From positions 1 to 64,000 of the IMG/VR virus record IMGVR_UViG_3300023184_000025: DNA of 64,000 bases; one strand, written 5' to 3'. The notes beneath the pieces were generated by a model, which did not search any database, was not told where the DNA came from, and was given only the letters and a program-made list of their open reading frames with translations. Made by a program: the position numbers and the translations under genes. Of this stretch, positions 48,250-57,620 are shown in pieces (the stretch's first letter is position 1; each line of letters opens with the position of its first letter).

Positions 48250-48494
48250 AGATGAAACTTTTTCAAATAGTTTTTGGCCAAGGTCAAATCTTCTTTGTTA
48301 ATGGTATTGATGGTTTCATCAACTAGTTCTAGTAGAATTAGGCGCATGAGTGTTTCGCTCATTTCTCGTTCTTCAAGATCCAAAGTTGCCTGCCAAGCTT
48401 CTATGTCCTCATAGTGTTCAAGGCTCCACATTATGTCCAGCATTTCAACCTGACGACCAGTGAGATTACTAATATTAATATCTTTATCAAACAT
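48246..48494 (-). CDS. Hypothetical protein
   Basis: 82 aa, coupled to neighbouring genes. Confidence 0.6.
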   Translation of the reverse strand: MFDKDINISNLTGRQVEMLDIMWSLEHYEDIEAWQATLDLEEREMSETLMRLILLELVDETINTINKEDLTLAKNYLKKFHL

Positions 48495-49225
48495 TATAAC
48501 ACCTTGACACGATTGAGTTGGGTTTTGTTGTCACGGTGAGCTTTTACAGTACCAACCAATTTGATTTGGATGCCCGAATTCAGCTGAGATTTGTAGCTGA
48601 AAAACAAGGCTCGATTATCTTGAGTAATTGCAGTAACCCAAAAAATGTTGTATGTGTTGCTCCAATTGGCACTTACAACTTCTGCGTCCAATGCTACTTT
48701 GTCGCTGACATTGCCAACATAGCCGCCGCTGGCATTGCGTACACGATCCTGGATTGATTGGCGCACCAATGCACGTTGGTGGCTCTGTGGCAAACATGCA
48801 ACCACAGCCAGTTCCAGGCGATGTTGTACTGAGTCAAATTCTTCTTCAACAGCTACAACTTTACTGACGCTTGCATCAAATGCACTTAGCTGACCTTTGA
48901 GCGCACGGAAGGTAAGGTCATTTTGCAAGAACCTACGGCACTCCTGCCCAATCACACGATCCTCGTCGGTGATGGAGCCGGGTACAGCCAGGAAGTCCAT
49001 CATAATGTCACGATTGCGCTTCTTGATAGTTTCATGAGTACCATCTTCAGTGATATTAATTTTATCTTCTTTGAGATATTCTCCGTTGACACGTTGTGCC
49101 GCTACAGCCGCACCCCAAACATCATCAACAGAATACTTAAATGAATTCACTGTGGCTTTGGTGCGACGAACACCATAACGAGGATTGTAACCATTTGCTG
49201 GGGTAAAATAAGTCTTGGGATTCAC
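48494..49225 (-). CDS. Hypothetical protein with C-terminal OB-fold-like domain
   Basis: C-terminal VG.V..K...GTVKAH...TQLNRVK pattern. Confidence 0.55.
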   Translation of the reverse strand: MNPKTYFTPANGYNPRYGVRRTKATVNSFKYSVDDVWGAAVAAQRVNGEYLKEDKINITEDGTHETIKKRNRDIMMDFLAVPGSITDEDRVIGQECRRFLQNDLTFRALKGQLSAFDASVSKVVAVEEEFDSVQHRLELAVVACLPQSHQRALVRQSIQDRVRNASGGYVGNVSDKVALDAEVVSANWSNTYNIFWVTAITQDNRALFFSYKSQLNSGIQIKLVGTVKAHRDNKTQLNRVKVL

Positions 49226-49237
49226 GGTGTCTCCTGT

Positions 49238-49645
49238 TTACTTAACTAATACGTAGGGCTTGCTCCACTCACCAATATTCAAGTGAATGTAAAAAGCGGT
49301 GTCAAAATAATCTGTCATTGCATCACTGCGGTCGTACCACTGACGCTCGGGTGAAGTTTTAATGATACGCAAGAACTGATCGATTGCGTCCTTGGCTTCG
49401 CCAGTAAAATGATCTTGGAACCAGTAGGGGTTAATCTGCATGTAACCTTCTGCAAGACGACTGTCAACATGACGGTGATCTATGGTCTGATTGTGATTTT
49501 CAAAGAAATCAATAGGACCAGATTTAACAGTGACTTCAACGCTGAGCGAACCACTGCCTTTACGGGCACTGAATTTAAACTTGGGGAATTGTGCTTTGAG
49601 TGCTTCGCGAATTGACTTGACTTCTTGTGCTCCGATGTATGCCAT
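49238..49645 (-). CDS. Hypothetical early protein (LPD29-like)
   Basis: IR.ALK..FP..KFS.R and DRSDAMTDYFD motifs. Confidence 0.6.
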   Translation of the reverse strand: MAYIGAQEVKSIREALKAQFPKFKFSARKGSGSLSVEVTVKSGPIDFFENHNQTIDHRHVDSRLAEGYMQINPYWFQDHFTGEAKDAIDQFLRIIKTSPERQWYDRSDAMTDYFDTAFYIHLNIGEWSKPYVLVK

Positions 49646-49712
49646 TTTCTGCTCCTGTTTTGTTAGTGTATGTGTATATTATAGCAAATTGGGAATTATT
49701 GGTCAACCAAAA

Positions 49713-49964
49713 TCAATTGGCCATCAAATTGATTTGGACCTGGTGACCTTCGTGTGTAATCACGGTGCCCACTGGCCGGCCTTCGCCCAGAACTGGACTA
49801 CGACGACGAATTTCCGCCAGATACTCCACAGCATATCGCAGAGCCGCACCATGTGATACTGTGGCTGTTTTTGTAAAAACATCGTTGATGGTTGCGTACA
49901 TACCAAATCCGTCAATGATAAAACGAATTCGGGTGCTGTTGCTAAAACCAGATACATGACGCAT
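49713..49964 (-). CDS. Hypothetical protein
   Basis: 83 aa with Shine-Dalgarno (GAAAGGA). Confidence 0.55.
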   Translation of the reverse strand: MRHVSGFSNSTRIRFIIDGFGMYATINDVFTKTATVSHGAALRYAVEYLAEIRRRSPVLGEGRPVGTVITHEGHQVQINLMAN

Positions 49965-49976
49965 TTTGCTTTCCTT

Positions 49977-50240
49977 TCAGCGGCTGAGATTCATAACACG
50001 GGCATCAAATTCCATGAAGCTGACTTCAAATGGAACCGATACTTCTTTGCCAACACGGCCAGCATCTTCGGCATCGCTCCAGCTGTCTTTGGTTACTACA
50101 ATCACAAAACAATCGTAGCCACGGTTGTCAATTTTTTGAACAACACCTTCAACAAAACAATCTTCGCGGCCTACCATGGGTTTGAAGTCATATGCACGGA
50201 TTGTGTCGCCAACTCGGGCAATTTTTGCAAATTTTAACAT
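49977..50240 (-). CDS. Hypothetical protein
   Basis: Likely start MLKF after AGGAG; VGD.IRAYDF motif. Confidence 0.6.
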   Translation of the reverse strand: MLKFAKIARVGDTIRAYDFKPMVGREDCFVEGVVQKIDNRGYDCFVIVVTKDSWSDAEDAGRVGKEVSVPFEVSFMEFDARVMNLSR

Positions 50241-50302
50241 ACCAGCTCCTTTTTGTTTACTATACAAGTATTATAGCAAAATGGGCAATTCTGGTCAACC
50301 AG

Positions 50303-50551
50303 CTATTTCTGCGACTTTTTTAAGCAGAAAAACGTGGCATCTACTGTGTTGCGAAAATACAACAGAACTTTTAACTCTGATTTTCTGCCTTTTCTGCGCC
50401 ATTCTTCGTTGAGAAATTGCACACGATAAAACCAACGTCGACCTGCTTGGGTACCCGGGAGGCCAAACATCTCGGTGGCTGTTGCCACAGCACCAACCTT
50501 CCAATCATCGGTCCAACTAATTTTACCGCCATCAACTCGTGTGGTTTTCAT
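50303..50551 (-). CDS. Small hypothetical protein
   Basis: W..A.E.FGLPG...RW...F....DA..F pattern. Confidence 0.5.
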   Translation of the reverse strand: MKTTRVDGGKISWTDDWKVGAVATATEMFGLPGTQAGRRWFYRVQFLNEEWRRKGRKSELKVLLYFRNTVDATFFCLKKSQK

Positions 50552-50847
50552 TAGTCACCTGAATCAATTTGATAACGATCGCCACAGTGGACACAATCAT
50601 AATTGGTCAAACATCGCCCGGCATTACTGCTTTGATAATGGTGGGTGCATGGATCACCTTGTGAGTTCAATCGGACTTTGCCACGTGGAGTGCCAAACAT
50701 GTACTGACCGCCACAATTAGAACAGCCCAGGGTGTCTGTGTCTTTGTCGTATCCAGAGTATACGTGTTTGTATTTTTGTTGCTCGAGACTCGGTGTCACA
50801 CGACCGGAGCCGTTGCACACAGGACAAGTTCTGTATTCTACTGTCAT
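50551..50847 (-). CDS. Zinc-finger-like protein
   Basis: CPVCNGSG, CSNCGG, C.H and CVHC motifs. Confidence 0.65.
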   Translation of the reverse strand: MTVEYRTCPVCNGSGRVTPSLEQQKYKHVYSGYDKDTDTLGCSNCGGQYMFGTPRGKVRLNSQGDPCTHHYQSSNAGRCLTNYDCVHCGDRYQIDSGD

Positions 50848-50856
50848 TTTATTTCC

Positions 50857-51165
50857 TTACGCAACCAACCACAACAGTTCTTCTTTGACTTCAATGCTTT
50901 CGCTACCGTCGTACTCGTGTATTCTAAATTCAGCACCTACGTCAAGCCAGGCAATTTCTAGATCTCTCATGCCACCATCATAGATGTCAGGATATTTGAG
51001 GCTAACATAAACTGCTAATTCATCCCATTGTTCTTTTTCTACAAAATCTACAATCACAGGATTAAACAACAGCTCGGGCAACTCTTGATTCCAAGTTGAC
51101 CAACCAGCACCAAAGCCGGGTGAGTATAATACTGCTACTTTACCGTCTCTGATTATTTTTTTCAT
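50857..51165 (-). CDS. Hypothetical phage protein
   Basis: VAVLYSPGFGAGWSTW and EYDGSE motifs. Confidence 0.7.
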   Translation of the reverse strand: MKKIIRDGKVAVLYSPGFGAGWSTWNQELPELLFNPVIVDFVEKEQWDELAVYVSLKYPDIYDGGMRDLEIAWLDVGAEFRIHEYDGSESIEVKEELLWLVA

Positions 51166-51344
51166 TATTTGACTCCAAAATGTTCTTTGATCTGCATCAT
51201 AGCATCGTCATAGCCATTTAGATACAAGTTAGACATGCATTCTCTCACAATCAACTCGGCAAACTGTTCATAATCAAAATATAGTACAGTACCTTTATCA
51301 CAAACCTTGCATTGACTGTGCAATTGTCGAATTCGGTCGTTCAT
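51165..51344 (-). CDS. Small hypothetical protein (59 aa)
   Basis: Hand-translated MNDRIRQL...FAELIVREC...IKEHFGVK*. Confidence 0.6.
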   Translation of the reverse strand: MNDRIRQLHSQCKVCDKGTVLYFDYEQFAELIVRECMSNLYLNGYDDAMMQIKEHFGVK

Positions 51345-51574
51345 TCTACAATTCCTACACTTTTCTTAATCTCATAACGAGCAATCTTCTCGTCAAAGTA
51401 CATGCGAGTACCTTCATTGAAAGGGCTCGCTACCACAATCTCGCCTAGCTCTGTGGCTAATAATTGTGCAAAGCGAGCAAGAATACTCTGAGTGTCTTCC
51501 ATCTGGTCCATGGGGTCTCGGTCCAGAATCACTTGGTAATCATTAATGAGTTTTTGTACGTTCTGATGAATCAT
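51341..51574 (-). CDS. Hypothetical protein
   Basis: Likely start MIHQNVQKL with GGAG upstream. Confidence 0.5.
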   Translation of the reverse strand: MIHQNVQKLINDYQVILDRDPMDQMEDTQSILARFAQLLATELGEIVVASPFNEGTRMYFDEKIARYEIKKSVGIVE

Positions 51575-51715
51575 TTTAGACTCCGGTATGCAAAGGGTTA
51601 CGTCGACGCAGGTGGGCCAGTGCCCCTTCCTTGGTTTCAAAACGTCCTGAGATGGGCGTTTGATGTGCGCCACGCACAATGTACCAACCACCTAGCAAAG
51701 CATTATATACGACTT

Positions 51716-51976
51716 TCATACTGCCTCCGCTGTTTTAGGAAAACGATCATAAGCCTCACTGGCTCCGTCACATGAGAATTTGCTAGAGCCAAACTGATTG
51801 ATCACATGCACAAGGATGTCATCATAAGCGGCCCACTCAATGCACTCTTTGCGAGCTGTTTGATAGTTATTTGTTGTCAACAAAATTTGACGCCCGAATA
51901 CATCTATGACAGCATCTTCCTTGGATGATACTTTAGTTACTACTCGATATTTGTAAGGCATGTTACCGTATCGCAT
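51716..51976 (-). CDS. Hypothetical protein
   Basis: Likely start MRYGNM after GGAG. Confidence 0.5.
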   Translation of the reverse strand: MRYGNMPYKYRVVTKVSSKEDAVIDVFGRQILLTTNNYQTARKECIEWAAYDDILVHVINQFGSSKFSCDGASEAYDRFPKTAEAV

Positions 51977-51977
51977 A

Positions 51978-52256
51978 TCAATTGCTCCAAAATGCTTCGC
52001 TGTCAACTCGGCAAGCCCAAGGTGTATCAGCGTCGATTTCCACAGGAACACCTGTCATTAAATTACGAACAGTGATCTTGGGTGCGGTGTAAGTGTCACG
52101 GCTCACAATGTTCAATTGGCTTTCGTTCCAACCTGCTTTGTTGCAAAGACGGGTGCGAGTTGCTTTGGCGGCACCAAAAGTTTTGTATGCACGGGTTCGG
52201 TTGGGACCGTCAGTAACAATTAAACCAGTACCTTTTGAGACGATTACGTATGACAT
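51978..52256 (-). CDS. Hypothetical early protein
   Basis: Own promoter and AGGAG; V.NLMTG...I..DTP..C motif. Confidence 0.65.
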   Translation of the reverse strand: MSYVIVSKGTGLIVTDGPNRTRAYKTFGAAKATRTRLCNKAGWNESQLNIVSRDTYTAPKITVRNLMTGVPVEIDADTPWACRVDSEAFWSN

Positions 52257-52311
52257 ATCTAACTCCTTTTTAATTACTATACAAGTATTATAACAGATCG
52301 GAATTTATTGG

Positions 52312-52665
52312 TCAATCTAACCGTGAACCTGCGTAAACACGATCCAGACCCAGCTTGTTCTTCAGTACTTCGGCATAGGCTTCTGCACCCGCTTCCAAGA
52401 TGCTGATGCTTTGGGTAGGATAACCGCTGGGATTCCACATGCACAAGGAGCCGGTGTAGTCTTTACGGAAGCCGTGAGCCTGAAGTGCTTTGCCAATCTT
52501 GCTGTTAGAACGAACACCCCAAACGTTGACCCAGGCAAACCCACAGGCATCACGATCACCGTGTTTTGCATAAAACGCCTTGGCGGCTGTACGGGCGGCC
52601 ATTGCGGCTTCGTTGCAAGCGTCCTGGACTGCTTCTACATTTACTACTGTTGCGATTGCCTTCAT
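52312..52665 (-). CDS. Hypothetical early protein
   Basis: CGFAWV, QS....EAGA.AYA..L and SRLD motifs; own promoter. Confidence 0.7.
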   Translation of the reverse strand: MKAIATVVNVEAVQDACNEAAMAARTAAKAFYAKHGDRDACGFAWVNVWGVRSNSKIGKALQAHGFRKDYTGSLCMWNPSGYPTQSISILEAGAEAYAEVLKNKLGLDRVYAGSRLD

Positions 52666-52801
52666 TTCAAACTCCTTTTTAATTACTATGCTGTTATTAT
52701 AACAAATTGGGTATTTTTGGTCAACCGTTTTGTGTGTTGTGAAAAAACAACACTTTCTGTCTATTTTTTAAGCAGATTTAGTGTTGTTTTTACGCAACAG
52801 T

Positions 52802-53203
52802 TTAAAGCTCAATGGCTCTGCGGAACAGGATTTCTTGCTTGGAAAATGCTTGGATTTCCCAAGGCTGTTCCAGATACGGAACCCGGCGTCCGTAGTACTT
52901 GCCTTTCCACAGTTTGCCACGTGGAGTTAACTGTAGTGTGCCTTTGGCAAATTGTGCAACATGGGTGAGCTCGTGTGCTAGAGTGGCGCCCATGGCCTGC
53001 AGATCTTTAACAGGCTTGAGCACAACCAAATAGGTGTCCAGACCTTTGAGAGGAACTGTGGTACCCAGGTCTTCAAGATCAGGGTCTAATATGATGTGCA
53101 GGAGTTTTTTATGTTTTGTGAGCTTCAACTGCTCTATCATAGAAGGTAGAAGTGATTCTACGTATTTTCTAGATTTAGTGGTGCCTTCAACATAAAATTC
53201 CAT
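52802..53203 (-). CDS. HExxH zinc metallopeptidase-like protein
   Basis: TLAHELTHVAQ...Y.EQPWE.QA. Confidence 0.75.
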   Translation of the reverse strand: MEFYVEGTTKSRKYVESLLPSMIEQLKLTKHKKLLHIILDPDLEDLGTTVPLKGLDTYLVVLKPVKDLQAMGATLAHELTHVAQFAKGTLQLTPRGKLWKGKYYGRRVPYLEQPWEIQAFSKQEILFRRAIEL

Positions 53204-53304
53204 GCATTACTCCTTGTTGCTATAACTTCTATTATAACAAACCAGGGAATTCCAGTCAACCAGCTATTTCTGCTTAATTTTTAAGCAGTTTTTGGGTGTT
53301 GTTT

Positions 53305-54006
53305 TTACGCAACAAAATCTATGTAACCAGATTCAGCAGTCCAGTCCATAGTTGACAATTTCTTTGCAATAGCAGTCAGTGTTTCTTCTTTAGAAAACTC
53401 TGAATTCTTTTTAATCCAACGTTGGTGGTTCTTTGCCAACACATCAATGTTGTTTGTCCAACCTTGTTGCTGTAGGTTGTTGACAAAATTTTCTTTAAAC
53501 AACAAATTAAAATTAATGTTTTTACCGTAGGTATTTGCAACACGATCGTACATGGTCTGCATCCATAATCTTTTTGATTGTTCAAACCAATACGAAGCGG
53601 CTTTTTCAAACTTTCCATTGAGGCAAAGAGTTTTAGCTATCTCAAACCAAGATTCGCCAGGTGCCACTTTAATTGCAAGTTTTTGTAGTTTCATTTGTCT
53701 TAGAACAACTTGTTCTTGCACTTGTGGATCAGTGACTATAATATTAATTAATGACCAGTTGCTGTTGATAATTGGCTCAAATAAATGTGTGCTAACAAAT
53801 CCATTTGGGGGTGTTGGCAATTGTTGAACAGCATCTTCCACAGACATTTCGTTGTCTTGTATTTTTCTTTCAAACTTTTTTAAAGAATAGTCAGAGGGAA
53901 CACTGATACCAGACATGCGAGTTAACAAAATACCATTGCAACTGGTCACAAATAAATCACCGGCGGTGCCTCCGTTGTAGGAAACAAAAGTATAATCAGT
54001 ATTCAT
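53305..54006 (-). CDS. Hypothetical protein, weakly sulfotransferase-like
   Basis: Likely start MNTDY; FVSYNGGTAGDLF...STH. Confidence 0.4.
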   Translation of the reverse strand: MNTDYTFVSYNGGTAGDLFVTSCNGILLTRMSGISVPSDYSLKKFERKIQDNEMSVEDAVQQLPTPPNGFVSTHLFEPIINSNWSLINIIVTDPQVQEQVVLRQMKLQKLAIKVAPGESWFEIAKTLCLNGKFEKAASYWFEQSKRLWMQTMYDRVANTYGKNINFNLLFKENFVNNLQQQGWTNNIDVLAKNHQRWIKKNSEFSKEETLTAIAKKLSTMDWTAESGYIDFVA

Positions 54007-55027
54007 TTTTATGTTTGCAGATATGAGAAAGCCAACTGGGATTCCAGCGATCAATTAAATCCTTCTGTAACTGTCCTGTGGCCAGTTGTTTAATCAAATC
54101 CTCTGTGTCTAGACTGATCACCGTCAAAAACAATTCAGGGTCTCTGTAAGGATCTAGTATTTGAAAATCACCAAACCATTGCTGGAACGTTGGTCTCGAA
54201 TGCAATTTAACAATTGCTGATCTCAATAAATTAACATTGTCAAATGTATGCTCAGGGCCATATGTTGCAGTATCGTAACAGTCAAATTTTTGATCAACTA
54301 ATTTTGAAGATTGTGCGTACAGTTCACCGTGATGCAAGAGTGCCAGATCGCCGTAGTATCCTGTGACCAAGTTGTTAATATTGTAAAATGCCGGCTTGAC
54401 ATTGTCTATCTGACTATACGGATAATCTATTGTTTCTTGAGTGTCACTGTAGACCACGTCAAATGGAAGTTTGTTAAAATAAGACCTTGTGTGATTGGCC
54501 ACAACTCCAGTAAACTCAACCTGATGATGCAATGCCAAAAACGCAAGAGTACTGGAGTCAAGTCCGCCCGAGAATGCAATCTGTGTTTTATCACTGATGT
54601 TTGCGCAAGTTTGTAAATTAGACAACAACCTTAGCTCAATGTCAACAAGTACCTGTTCCCAAGTTTTAATTTCAGGAACAATAGCAGATTTGATTTTTTT
54701 ATACTGTAACCAATTGATTCCCAGCTCGTCGTGACAATTAAATTTAACCGTCAACGGAGATATTGCTGTGTCTATGTACTTGTTAATATTGGTAAGAATA
54801 ATGCCTTTGCCAAACCCAAGATTAAAATCTTTATAAAAACTAAACTCAACTGTGACTTCTTCGTCACCAAACTCAAACTCAACAAAGTTTCCACCGTGCT
54901 CGCCTAAACGATAACCAAAAAATTTATCTTGATTAATATTATAGTAGGCATTAACCCAAAGATGAGGGGCTAGTTGATGACGATATGGGAACTCTGTGAG
55001 CTCTTGTTCAGCGATGCAAAAGTACAT
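53996..55027 (-). CDS. Asparagine-synthetase-like (PP-loop) protein
   Basis: IAFSGGLDSS, VTGYYGD and PYRD motifs. Confidence 0.65.
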   Translation of the reverse strand: MYFCIAEQELTEFPYRHQLAPHLWVNAYYNINQDKFFGYRLGEHGGNFVEFEFGDEEVTVEFSFYKDFNLGFGKGIILTNINKYIDTAISPLTVKFNCHDELGINWLQYKKIKSAIVPEIKTWEQVLVDIELRLLSNLQTCANISDKTQIAFSGGLDSSTLAFLALHHQVEFTGVVANHTRSYFNKLPFDVVYSDTQETIDYPYSQIDNVKPAFYNINNLVTGYYGDLALLHHGELYAQSSKLVDQKFDCYDTATYGPEHTFDNVNLLRSAIVKLHSRPTFQQWFGDFQILDPYRDPELFLTVISLDTEDLIKQLATGQLQKDLIDRWNPSWLSHICKHKNEY

Positions 55028-55590
55028 TAAGGTTGTTGAATAAGATAGTTATAATACTCGTAGTGCTTGTCTAACGTCCAGGCGGCTAGATCAACGTCGG
55101 TGCCATCGTGAGTTCGAAATCTTGCATTAAAAATATCAGTATAACGTTGCCACGGATTCCAAACACTTGGAGTATGACTGCCCCAACCCGATTCCTTAAG
55201 CAAATGATGTTTTTCTCTGCTGAGTTTTACAGTGGGACAATTAAGGGCTTGATCAATAGTAATTAGTCCTACAATCATTAAGTCCCGAATTCTCGCGGCA
55301 GGAATCAAGTGTTCAAAGTCTGTTTCAACGTCGGCGCCAATTTCGTGATAATGAGCACCCATGCCGTCACGTTGTTTAATGCAGTACTCATGACACCTTC
55401 TTAGCAAATTGTCCATGTCATCTCTGACCTGGCTCAGAGTCTGTTGGTCATTGGTACTGTTGCGATATATGTCTAGCACAGAAACTAAACGATCATGACA
55501 GTAGCGATAAGTGGCTCGGTATGCTTCTTGGTTACGGGGCGTCTTTGAATACACTGGCGCAACAAAGTTTTCAAGTAGTTGTTGATTCAT
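55027..55590 (-). CDS. Hypothetical protein, possible HNH-like nuclease
   Basis: DFEHLIP...LS.E.H..L...RY pattern. Confidence 0.4.
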   Translation of the reverse strand: MNQQLLENFVAPVYSKTPRNQEAYRATYRYCHDRLVSVLDIYRNSTNDQQTLSQVRDDMDNLLRRCHEYCIKQRDGMGAHYHEIGADVETDFEHLIPAARIRDLMIVGLITIDQALNCPTVKLSREKHHLLKESGWGSHTPSVWNPWQRYTDIFNARFRTHDGTDVDLAAWTLDKHYEYYNYLIQQP

Positions 55591-56158
55591 CTATTAATCC
55601 TATCAAGCGTTTGGCCCATTGTGCATGACAGTTGGCGCTGTGATGCATTCCATCACTGCCTTTGCTATCTACTATCCAAGATAGTCCTGGTAGTTTTTCA
55701 TCAACATGCAAAATAATATTTTGATTGTTTAATACTGTATGGTATTGTTGATTGATGTTTTCAATCATGATGTTAACAATTGGAACCTTGGCAAGATTAC
55801 ACAATAAATTACAAGTGATGATTGTTTGTAGCCAAGGATTATAAAAGTTTTCTTCACCTGATGTCAATAGCTGTTTAAAAACAGCGCCATTACTTTGAAT
55901 GTTTTCGTTTGCGGCATAGCCATTGATCCAGGTGGTACGTCTAAAAACATTAGGCCACTGGCATATTACAAAATCAGGTAAATTTATTTTTAGTTCATGA
56001 ACTAAATGTTTTTCTACATGAAAACAATTACCGCCGGGTGTTCCTAAATTTTTTACAGAAAGTTGATAATGTTTGCTTAGTAAGCTTACATAGCATTCGT
56101 CAGGATTTACACCCACACCTGCGGTATGGCTACACCCTAGTGCAAGTGCGTGGTTCAT
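55571..56158 (-). CDS. SGNH-hydrolase-like protein
   Basis: LGCSHTAG, NLG.PGG and DGMH....H motifs. Confidence 0.65.
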   Translation of the reverse strand: MNHALALGCSHTAGVGVNPDECYVSLLSKHYQLSVKNLGTPGGNCFHVEKHLVHELKINLPDFVICQWPNVFRRTTWINGYAANENIQSNGAVFKQLLTSGEENFYNPWLQTIITCNLLCNLAKVPIVNIMIENINQQYHTVLNNQNIILHVDEKLPGLSWIVDSKGSDGMHHSANCHAQWAKRLIGLIDESTTT

Positions 56159-57195
56159 TGCATTAGTCCCGGAGCAACAACACCTTCTTCAACGCCCATC
56201 TTGGAACCGTCACCGTGGAATGGTAGTTCCAGTTTGCCGCCACCAATGATGTGTACTTCTCGCAGGAAGTTGCTCATTGCAGTTGGCGCAGTCCAAGTGG
56301 CGCCATCACCTTTGTAAAAGGCCCATTGTTGGCGTCCTTTGGCATGCACTACACCGGAGTCATTCCATACATCTGAAATGCTGACACACAATTTACGCAT
56401 CCAGCCATCGGGCATGGTCAATCCTGCACTACCAGCCAGGCGGAATAGCTCGTACAAGCCAATAAAGCAACCTTGATCAATTTCTTCTTGATCAGGCCAT
56501 GTGTGTTGAATTGCATCAAGTACATTAAACAACACTCGACCCGTTGGGTCTGCGTCAATTACTTTTTGTGCATACTTAAAGTGACTGAAGAAGTAGTCAC
56601 TGTCGCCACGCAAGGCCACGCTCTTACGAGTGTTTTTATCTTCAAGGTCAATACCCAGTGCATCAAATTGATCTTGCATTTTACGGGCACGAACAGTTTT
56701 GGTTTCTCTACTGCCATTTTTGTAACGCACCAACGCATTGCGATGAAGGTCGCCAGGGTTAAGGCGTTTGACTCCGGTGTCGTTGAGCATTTCAAATGCA
56801 TAGCTGGGGAAGTTAGGGTCGTCTGTTTCTACCACAGCACAAGGTACTTCCGTGTAGCCCAGAATGGCCGCGGCCAGGGTACGGTGCTGTCCATCGTATG
56901 TTTCCACCCTGTCACGACCCAACACACGACATGCGCTCACCGGGGAGCAGATGCGAGGATCCCATTTTTTCATGATGCTAAGAATGTGCTTGTGAATTAC
57001 ATCACGCTGGACTTCATAGTCAATCCATAAAATATCAATTTTTTCTTGGTTGCTGGTTGGAAAATGCACAGCCAAAGCCTGGACTCGATTGCGCATTGCA
57101 TCAATCTGTCCTTTGGTGATATTTAATTCTTTGATGATTGTAGCTTCAACTTCTGATGCTACTTCGGTGAGTTTACGTGTGAGGCGTTTAGACAT
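56155..57195 (-). CDS. ParB/Srx-like domain protein (DGQHR)
   Basis: IDYEVQR...YDGQHR..AA..G...VPC; own promoter. Confidence 0.7.
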   Translation of the reverse strand: MSKRLTRKLTEVASEVEATIIKELNITKGQIDAMRNRVQALAVHFPTSNQEKIDILWIDYEVQRDVIHKHILSIMKKWDPRICSPVSACRVLGRDRVETYDGQHRTLAAAILGYTEVPCAVVETDDPNFPSYAFEMLNDTGVKRLNPGDLHRNALVRYKNGSRETKTVRARKMQDQFDALGIDLEDKNTRKSVALRGDSDYFFSHFKYAQKVIDADPTGRVLFNVLDAIQHTWPDQEEIDQGCFIGLYELFRLAGSAGLTMPDGWMRKLCVSISDVWNDSGVVHAKGRQQWAFYKGDGATWTAPTAMSNFLREVHIIGGGKLELPFHGDGSKMGVEEGVVAPGLMQ

Positions 57196-57314
57196 AGTAT
57201 CTTTCTTTCGGTGTTAATGAAAGTATCATCGTTACAAGCACCATGCTCGATCTGTTTGATACCGTTCAAGTGTTAGTATAACAAAGTGTCAATTATTTGT
57301 CAACCTAGTACTTT

Positions 57315-57620
57315 TTACTTAAAAAAGATCAAGACCATTAGACTACTTTGAATAATAAACCCAAGTGCAATGGTAACAATGTTGAGGAAGTTGCGTTGTA
57401 CCACTGCTTGTGCAAACATAGCAGTTAGTCCTGACCAAGTCAACAACACCATGTCTACACTGGGCATCCGATCACTGAGTCCAGTTAACACAGCAATCAG
57501 TGTTGGCAATGTAGCAGAGTGTAATAGTACAACTGCCAACCAACTTAGCGTGGCTGCCGAGATTGGAGCAACCCATTCTTGTAGCCAGGCCACAGTTTTT
57601 TCAATATCAAAGTTTTTCAT
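57315..57620 (-). CDS. Membrane protein
   Basis: Three hydrophobic helices. Confidence 0.65.
   Translation of the reverse strand: MKNFDIEKTVAWLQEWVAPISAATLSWLAVVLLHSATLPTLIAVLTGLSDRMPSVDMVLLTWSGLTAMFAQAVVQRNFLNIVTIALGFIIQSSLMVLIFFK

Noticed and set aside
44092-53314. Repeated intergenic motifs as a CRISPR array
   Set aside because: The copies are separated by whole genes, not 30-40 nt spacers, and they match sigma70 promoters and palindromic boxes.
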